Below the pieces are notes generated by a model. The model was not told the origin of the DNA. It saw nothing but the letters and a program-made list of their open reading frames with translations, and made no database searches. The translations under genes were made by a program, and so were the position numbers. From NCBI GenBank assembly GCA_018608545.1, contig JABAZI010000039.1, positions 43,388 to 107,387 on the forward strand: 64,000 nucleotides of DNA, written 5' to 3'. Shown here piece by piece: positions 58,406 through 64,000 of this stretch; position 1 is the stretch's first letter; the number at the start of each line of letters is the position of its first letter. This DNA is from Polaribacter sp. Its GTDB lineage: Bacteria > Bacteroidota > Bacteroidia > Flavobacteriales > Flavobacteriaceae.

Positions 58406-59845
58406 TTATGATTCCTTTTCTTGTAACAAATATAATCCAATAAAAGTTAAAAATCCATTTAAAACCAATACAAAAAAACCAAAATCGAAACCGAATATTT
58501 TATGACTATAATGGCTAATTAAAAAGGTTGAAATTGGAGCAATAAGACACAATAAAGGCACCCACTTGTCTTTTACTTTTCTGGATGTAAATAATCCAAA
58601 AGCATACAAACCTAGTAAGGGTCCATAGGTGTACCCAGCCGCTTTAAATATATTTGCAATGACACTTTGGTCTGCAATAAAATATTTAAAAACAACAATG
58701 GTAGCAATCAATAGTATAGAGAAAAGAATGTGAATTTTTTTCCTGATTTTTTCTTGCTCATCTTTAGTTGTTTTTTTATCAATTTCTAAAATATCAATAC
58801 TAAACGAAGTAGTTAAAGAAGTTAAAGCTGAATCCGCACTAGAGTATGCTGCTGCAATTAAGCCTAATAAAAAGAACAGTGCTGTAGTTGTTCCTAAATT
58901 TCCCTGAGTGGCAAGAATAGGAAAGAGTTCGTCTTTATGTGCATCAATTCCATTGCGTTGGGCATAATCAGTCAATAATACTCCTAGTGCTAAAAAAAAG
59001 AAGTTTACAATAACCAAAACAATGGTAAACCAAAACATGTTTTTTTGTGCATCTTTTAAGTTTCTACAAGTTAAGTTCTTTTGCATCATGTCTTGATCTA
59101 GTCCAGTCATTACAATGGCAATAAAAGTACCTGCTAAAAATTGTTTCCAAAAATAATTACCAGCATTTACATCATCGAAAAAGAAAGTTCTTGAAAATTC
59201 ACTCTCTTTAACATAAGAAAATAAATTACTGATTTGCATTTCTTCAGAAATGGTGTAAATACAAACTCCAACAGCGATCAACATAAAAAGTGTTTGTAAG
59301 GTATCTGTCCAAACAATAGTTTTAATTCCCCCTTTGTGCGTATATAGCCAGATTAATAAAATAGTGATGGATACGGTTACCCAAAATGGAATTCCATAGG
59401 CGTCAAATAGGATTATCTGCAATACATTTGCCACTAAAAATAATCTAAAAGCGGCTCCAATTGTTCTGGAGAGTAGGAAGAAACTTGCACCTGTTTTATA
59501 AGAATATACGCCAAACCTATCTTGTAAATAGCTGTATATCGAGGTGAGGTTTAATCGATAATAGAGCGGGAGTAGTATGAGACCAATCACGGCATACCCA
59601 ACTACGTATCCTAAAACCATTTGAAAGTAGCTCATATTAGCACCTTCTACCCATCCGGGTACAGAGATAAAGGTTACACCAGAGAGTGAGGCTCCAATCA
59701 TTCCAAATGCAACTAAATACCAGGGAGAAGTATTGTTTGCTTTAAAAAAAGTTCTGTTGTCAGCAGATTTACTTGTGTAGTAGGAAATAAAAATTAAGAC
59801 ACTAAAATAACCGACAATTAAAAAAAGAATATGTGCTGGTTTCAT
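58406..59845 (-). CDS. sodium:solute symporter-family transporter
   Basis: 479 aa with about 13 TM helices and SSF-type blocks (GGIKTIVWTDTLQ). Confidence 0.85.
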   Translation of the reverse strand: MKPAHILFLIVGYFSVLIFISYYTSKSADNRTFFKANNTSPWYLVAFGMIGASLSGVTFISVPGWVEGANMSYFQMVLGYVVGYAVIGLILLPLYYRLNLTSIYSYLQDRFGVYSYKTGASFFLLSRTIGAAFRLFLVANVLQIILFDAYGIPFWVTVSITILLIWLYTHKGGIKTIVWTDTLQTLFMLIAVGVCIYTISEEMQISNLFSYVKESEFSRTFFFDDVNAGNYFWKQFLAGTFIAIVMTGLDQDMMQKNLTCRNLKDAQKNMFWFTIVLVIVNFFFLALGVLLTDYAQRNGIDAHKDELFPILATQGNLGTTTALFFLLGLIAAAYSSADSALTSLTTSFSIDILEIDKKTTKDEQEKIRKKIHILFSILLIATIVVFKYFIADQSVIANIFKAAGYTYGPLLGLYAFGLFTSRKVKDKWVPLLCLIAPISTFLISHYSHKIFGFDFGFFVLVLNGFLTFIGLYLLQEKES

Positions 59846-59960
59846 TTTTAAATTTACATTTATAATGTACGAATATATGTTTTTTACTAGATAATTATTA
59901 GATAAATAAAGAAGTACTTCTTTTTTCTTTTTTTATAGGATTCTTTTCTTTTTAATGAGT

Positions 59961-59968
59961 TAAATTTG
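59961..59968 (+). promoter_or_regulatory. -7 box TAAATTTG immediately upstream of recR (predicts a leaderless mRNA)
   Basis: Exact TAnnTTTG ending 5 nt before the recR ATG at 59974. Confidence 0.45.
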
Positions 59969-59973
59969 TAGGA

Positions 59974-60591
59974 ATGGATTTTTCTTCAAAATTATTAGAA
60001 AACGCAGTAAATGAAGTTTCCCGTTTGCCCGGAATCGGAAAGCAAACAGCTTTGCGTTTGGTGTTACATCTTTTAAAGCAGCCCTCAGAGAATACAAAAT
60101 ATTTATCTGAAGCTTTGCTACATTTAAGAAATGATGTGAAAACATGTGAAAAATGTTTCAATATTTCAGACCTTATTTTGTGTGATATTTGTAGTAATCC
60201 AAAAAGAATCTCTGAAATAGTTTGTGTAGTAGAGGATATTAGAGACGTAATGGCGATAGAAAGTACCTCTCAGTTTAATGGACTGTACCATGTGTTAGGA
60301 GGGAAAATTTCTCCTATTGAGGGTATTGGACCCCAAAATTTACAGATAGAATCTTTGGTGCAAAAAGTAGCTAAAGGAGAAATAAGAGAGCTTATTTTTG
60401 CTTTAAGTTCTACCATGGAAGGCGACACAACAAACTTCTATATATACAAGCAAATAGAGAAATTTGAAATAGAAACCTCTACGATTGCTCGTGGAATTTC
60501 TGTTGGTGATGAATTGGCGTATGCAGATGAAGTTACCTTAGGAAGATCGATACTAAACAGGATCCCCTTTTCTCAATCTTTAAAAGTATAA
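59974..60591 (+). CDS. recR: recombination protein RecR
   Basis: 205 aa. HhH motif LPGIGKQTA, zinc finger CEKC...CDIC, and a Toprim domain (VCVVEDIRD). Confidence 0.95.
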   Translation: MDFSSKLLENAVNEVSRLPGIGKQTALRLVLHLLKQPSENTKYLSEALLHLRNDVKTCEKCFNISDLILCDICSNPKRISEIVCVVEDIRDVMAIESTSQFNGLYHVLGGKISPIEGIGPQNLQIESLVQKVAKGEIRELIFALSSTMEGDTTNFYIYKQIEKFEIETSTIARGISVGDELAYADEVTLGRSILNRIPFSQSLKV

Positions 60592-60636
60592 AATAAGCTC
60601 ACTCTATAAAGTATCTTTTTGATGATTTTTAGGGTG

Positions 60637-61066
60637 TTATTTTTTTTTGTAAGTATTTTCATTACCAAAAAGTTTGAAAATACATTCATCAACTATATTT
60701 TTACTTTTCATTACTATGGTAGTTTTTTTATCAGAAAATTTTACAATCTTTATACTATTATCAATAAGGTAGTCATTATTTGAGTTGTCAATATTTTGCC
60801 AAGTTGAATTGACTTGTTTCTCGAAACAATTTCCCCCCAATATCTTCAGTATATACGATTCCTGTAATTGAACCATCCTCGTTGAATTTATAGGTTGATT
60901 TTATTTGACATTCTGAGGCAAGATTAGTACCTGTTTGTTTATAAATGATAGATTGTAGTTTCCATTCTCCAACTATTGGATCTACTTGATTTTTTGGGAT
61001 AGTATCTTTATCTGTACAAGAAAGAATACCCGCAATTGCGAAAAATAATAAAATTGTCCTTTTCAT
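60637..61066 (-). pseudogene. lipocalin-like lipoprotein, paralog A, split by a +1 frameshift in a G6 tract
   Basis: ORFs 60788-61066 (92 aa, signal MKRTILLFFAIAGILSC) and 60637-60876 (79 aa) overlap at the C6/G6 run at 60833-60838. A G5 tract would give one 143-aa protein colinear with paralog B (140 aa). Confidence 0.75.
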
Positions 61067-61270
61067 AGTTTAGGGGGGTTAGTTTTTTATACAACAATAG
61101 AGGTAAAATTTTATAAAAAAAAATAGTTAACTCAATTTTAGATAGAGCTGATAATATATACTGTAGAATAACGAATACGTTATAAGTTGCAATACATTTC
61201 GTTTAGAATTTCTATGGTCATGATCAGCAATATGAGGCAAAGTTTTGCTCAGAAGTAGGGTATGTAGAAT
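60975..61270 (-). repeat. direct repeat copy A (5' module: 204 nt of upstream DNA plus the first ~30 codons of the lipoprotein)
   Basis: Aligns without gaps to 61676-61971 at a 701-nt offset. I count 14 mismatches in 296 nt. Confidence 0.9.
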
Positions 61271-61293
61271 CTCTTTTGTTACAATTTTAAAAG

Positions 61294-61324
61294 CATAAAA
61301 AAAGCCTACTAAAAAGCAGGCTTT
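61294..61324 (-). terminator. rho-independent terminator after lipoprotein paralog B
   Basis: Stem AAAGCCT / AGGCTTT with a 10-nt loop, followed by T6 on the minus strand. Lies 21 nt downstream of the stop at 61345. Confidence 0.65.
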
Positions 61325-61344
61325 TGATCTGTTATAAATTAAAA

Positions 61345-61767
61345 TTATATTTTCTTAAAAACAATATAATTTGAAGTATCCTCTGGATCTATAAAGTTTA
61401 AGGTATTAAAATCTTCAGATAAAATTATCGAAACATCAGCATCATCCCAGTCCCAGTCATCACCGTCTAATTTTATTTCATAAATACCATCATTATTTTG
61501 CCAACTTCCTATTTCATTATCTACAAAACAACTGTCTATGGCAGGTTGACGATCAGAAAACATTTCTAGTGTAAGATCACCTCTTTCGCTAAATTTAGCG
61601 GTTGATTTCTTGTTGCATTCAGTAGCAAAATCAACTCCATCTTCAAATATAGATTGAACTTGCCAAGTACCAATAATTGGATCTACTTGAGTTTTTGGGA
61701 TAGTATCATTCTCTGTACAAGAAAGAATACCCGCAATTGCGAAAAATAATAAAATTGTCCTTTTCAT
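61345..61767 (-). CDS. lipocalin-like lipoprotein, paralog B
   Basis: 140 aa. Lipobox signal MKRTILLFFAIAGILSC. IIGTWQVQS (GxW) and a later SWQN block are typical of small lipocalin-like domain lipoproteins. Confidence 0.75.
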   Translation of the reverse strand: MKRTILLFFAIAGILSCTENDTIPKTQVDPIIGTWQVQSIFEDGVDFATECNKKSTAKFSERGDLTLEMFSDRQPAIDSCFVDNEIGSWQNNDGIYEIKLDGDDWDWDDADVSIILSEDFNTLNFIDPEDTSNYIVFKKI

Positions 61768-61971
61768 AGTTTAGGGGGTTTAGTTTATTATACAACTATA
61801 GAGGTAAAATTTTATAAAAAAAAATAGTTTACTCAATTTTAGATAGAGCTAATAATATATACAGTAGAATAATGAATACCTTATAAGTTGCAGTACATTT
61901 CGTTTAGAATTTCTATGGTCATGATCAGCAATGTGAGACAAAGTTTTGCTCAGAAGTAGGGTATGTAGAAT
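61676..61971 (-). repeat. direct repeat copy B (5' module)
   Basis: See copy A. About 95% identical. The repeat ends abruptly at 61971 (GTATGTAGAAT). Confidence 0.9.
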
Positions 61972-62011
61972 TCTTCTCGAGTAGGGTATTGTAATTTATA
62001 TTTTAAATATC

Positions 62012-62593
62012 TTACAACTCTTCATTATTTAAAACGTTAGTTTCTTCTTTTTCCCAACTATTTTTTTCTCTTATTTTTTTGTAAAGCTTGATCGAGAGCA
62101 TCATTAAAAGACCGAAGAGAATGATTCCAACAACCCCCCAAATCCAATTGATTGCGTTTTGTAGCGTTACTAAAAACACAATGGAAAAAAGAATAATAGT
62201 CGCTACTTCATTCCAAATACGGAGTTGTAAAGCAGTATATTTTATGATGTTATTTTGTAATTGTGTAAATATTTTATGACAAGAATAATGGTAAAAATAG
62301 AGCCCTAGAACAAATGTTAATTTGATGTGCATCCATGGCATTTTTAAGTAATAAGGGTTTTTGTATAACATCCAAAAAGCAAAGATACTCGCAAGAATTG
62401 CCGAGGGCCAGGTAATAATGTACCAGAGCCTTTTGCTCATCAATTTGTATTGTGTTTGTAAAATTTCTTTAGCAGGTTCTTCTTTTTTCTCTGCTTCTAC
62501 ATGGTATATGAATAGGCGAACGATATAGAATAACCCAGCAAACCAGGTAACTACAAAAATAATATGTAACGACTTTACGTATAAGAAATCCAT
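62012..62593 (-). CDS. hemJ: protoporphyrinogen IX oxidase HemJ (CopD-like, UPF0093)
   Basis: 193 aa. N-terminus YVKSLHIIFVVTWFAGLFYIVRLFIY and four TM helices. Lies directly downstream of hemH. Confidence 0.78.
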   Translation of the reverse strand: MDFLYVKSLHIIFVVTWFAGLFYIVRLFIYHVEAEKKEEPAKEILQTQYKLMSKRLWYIITWPSAILASIFAFWMLYKNPYYLKMPWMHIKLTFVLGLYFYHYSCHKIFTQLQNNIIKYTALQLRIWNEVATIILFSIVFLVTLQNAINWIWGVVGIILFGLLMMLSIKLYKKIREKNSWEKEETNVLNNEEL

Positions 62594-62672
62594 TTTTTTA
62601 ATTTAATTAGATGGTTTTAAAATCCATGAGTTTTTACGAATATAAACACATCCTGTCAATTCAATTAGTTGT

Positions 62673-63689
62673 TTACTTGTTTTTCCAGTCATTAATCCAA
62701 GAAACCATTACGGCTACCCAATCATCATTGTCATTCATGCAAGGAATGTGTTTGTAGTCAGTACCGCCAGCTTCCATGAAATCTTCTTTTCCTTCCATGG
62801 CAATTTCTTCCAATGTTTCCAGGCAATCTGAGACAAAAGCAGGAGTAATTACGGCTACTTTTTTCTTGCCTTCTGATGGGAATTTTTCCAATTCGAAATC
62901 TGTATAAGGTTTTAGCCAAGGGTCCTTCAATAAACGAGATTGAAAAGAGTTGCTATAGGTTCCTTCTTTTAAATCTAAGTATTCTGCAATCCCTTTTGTA
63001 GTCTCAAAACATTGATGTCTGTAACATGTGTAATGAGCTACAGAATTTCGTTCACAACAAGAACCATCTAATTTGCAATGATTTTTAGTAGGATCTGATT
63101 TTTTAATATGTCGTTCTGGAATTCCATGGTATGAAAATAAAATATGATCGTACTCAAACCCATTCAGATGATTTGCAATATTGTTGCTCATTGCTTTAAT
63201 ATAATCTGGTTTATTATAAAAAGGAGGTAAGGTATCTAATTGTACTTCTGGATATTTTTCAGCCAAAATTTCTTCAGCTTGAACAACAACTGTTTCATAA
63301 GATGACATTGCGTAATGGGGATAGAGTGGGGCTAGGAATATTTTTGTAACCCCTTTGTCTATTAAGTTTTTAATACCCTTTTCCATACTCATAGAGCCAT
63401 ATCGCATGGCTAATTCTACAGGGATGTCTGTTTTTTCAATTACTTTTTCTGTAAATCTTTTAGAGATTACAACCAACGGAGAACCTTCTTTCCACCAAAT
63501 TTTTTTGTAGGCTGCACCAGATTTTTTTGGTCTTATTTTTAAAATGATTCCTTTGATGAGTATCCAGCGTTTCCAGAATGGAATGTCAATAACGCGTTCG
63601 TCCATTAAAAATTCACCTAAGTATTTTTTTACATCTTTAGTTTCTGTTGAATCTGGAGATCCTAAGTTGTTCAGTAAAATTCCTTTCAT
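62673..63689 (-). CDS. hemH: ferrochelatase
   Basis: 338 aa with LLNNLGSPDS, LYPHYAMSS, SYHGIPERH and a C-terminal FVSDCLETLEEI. Confidence 0.93.
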   Translation of the reverse strand: MKGILLNNLGSPDSTETKDVKKYLGEFLMDERVIDIPFWKRWILIKGIILKIRPKKSGAAYKKIWWKEGSPLVVISKRFTEKVIEKTDIPVELAMRYGSMSMEKGIKNLIDKGVTKIFLAPLYPHYAMSSYETVVVQAEEILAEKYPEVQLDTLPPFYNKPDYIKAMSNNIANHLNGFEYDHILFSYHGIPERHIKKSDPTKNHCKLDGSCCERNSVAHYTCYRHQCFETTKGIAEYLDLKEGTYSNSFQSRLLKDPWLKPYTDFELEKFPSEGKKKVAVITPAFVSDCLETLEEIAMEGKEDFMEAGGTDYKHIPCMNDNDDWVAVMVSWINDWKNK

Positions 63690-63729
63690 TTTTATATTAG
63701 TTTCAATATTGTTGGTCTCAATGTTGAGA

Positions 63730-64000
63730 TTAGACTCTTTTATTTTCTGTTCCGATTTGATTGGTTACTTCATACAATGTTATGGCTAAACTATGGATGA
63801 CATTCATGGACGAATTTCTTCCAAACATTGGTATTGCAATTGTTGCATCTATGAAGTTTGTATTCTTAATTCCGTTTCTTTCACTACCCAAAAGTAAAAC
63901 GATTTTTTCATGATTTGTAAAATTAAAATCTTGAATATTGATGCTTTGATCAGTTATTTCTATGCCTATAATCAGGTTGTCTTCTTTTTTAAGTTGCTTC
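63730..64000 (-). CDS. TrmH/SpoU-family RNA 2'-O-methyltransferase (C-terminal 89 codons; the 5' end lies outside the window)
   Basis: Not in the ORF track because it is partial. It reads ...IVLLLGSERNGI...IAIPMFGRNSSMNVIHSLAITLYE...*, the SpoU motif 2/3 region. Stop TAA at 63730-63732. Confidence 0.8.
   Translation of the reverse strand, partial: KQLKKEDNLIIGIEITDQSINIQDFNFTNHEKIVLLLGSERNGIKNTNFIDATIAIPMFGRNSSMNVIHSLAITLYEVTNQIGTENKRV

Noticed and set aside
59952-60161. Short antisense or shadow ORFs inside well-supported genes (for example 59952-60161 and 59960-60145 opposite recR, 1388-1585, 5526-5768, 7309-7563, 11727-11978, 39703-39933, 48919-49320, 63544-63789)
   Set aside because: They lie wholly within longer ORFs that have clear family motifs on the other strand or frame. 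Their composition is low-complexity and typical of AT-rich shadow frames.

Overview
This is a low-GC, very gene-dense (about 90% coding) chromosomal segment. The protein families and the promoter style (exact TAnnTTTG -7 boxes, almost no Shine-Dalgarno sequences) indicate a Flavobacteriaceae/Bacteroidota genome. I can support about 58 protein genes, and nearly all are core housekeeping.

- **Translation and RNA modification:** rimO, rlmF, argS, prfC, tsaD, rnz, a CsaA-like tRNA-binding protein, and a partial TrmH-family gene.
- **Pyrimidine synthesis:** pyrR-pyrB and pyrD.
- **Glycolysis:** pfkA-gap.
- **Cofactors and redox:** lpdA, bshC, pdxH, idi, queD, hemH-hemJ, and a menaquinone operon (menA, menC, menE).
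- **Envelope biogenesis:** kdsB, TamB, an LptD-like protein, an amidase, MlaD, an LolE-like permease, an LtaS-like protein and a NamZ-like protein.
- **Other:** three peptidyl-prolyl isomerase domains in two genes, recR, ppx/sixA, and transporters.

I saw no rRNA, tRNA, CRISPR array, transposase, integrase, phage gene or recognisable defence gene. I therefore cannot honestly point to a clear multi-gene novel system here.

The loci most worth a second look are:
1. A tandem lipocalin-like lipoprotein locus at 60.6-62.0 kb. A 296-bp 5' module (upstream DNA plus signal peptide) is duplicated at about 95% identity, the mature domains have diverged, and one copy is split by a frameshift in a poly-G tract.
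2. Two small genes missed by the ORF track and apparently disrupted at homopolymers: a YqaE/Pmp3 proteolipid at 17.4 kb and a small lipoprotein at 25-245.
3. A split membrane HdrD/DsrMK-like Fe-S complex packed into one operon with the men genes, an SRPBCC-like protein and a CPBP protease.
4. Three genes whose ATG lies exactly 5 nt after a TAnnTTTG box, which predicts leaderless mRNAs.
5. A cyclophilin-FKBP fusion and a conserved 482-aa protein of unknown function.

All family calls come from reading the translations and recalling motifs. No database search was run.
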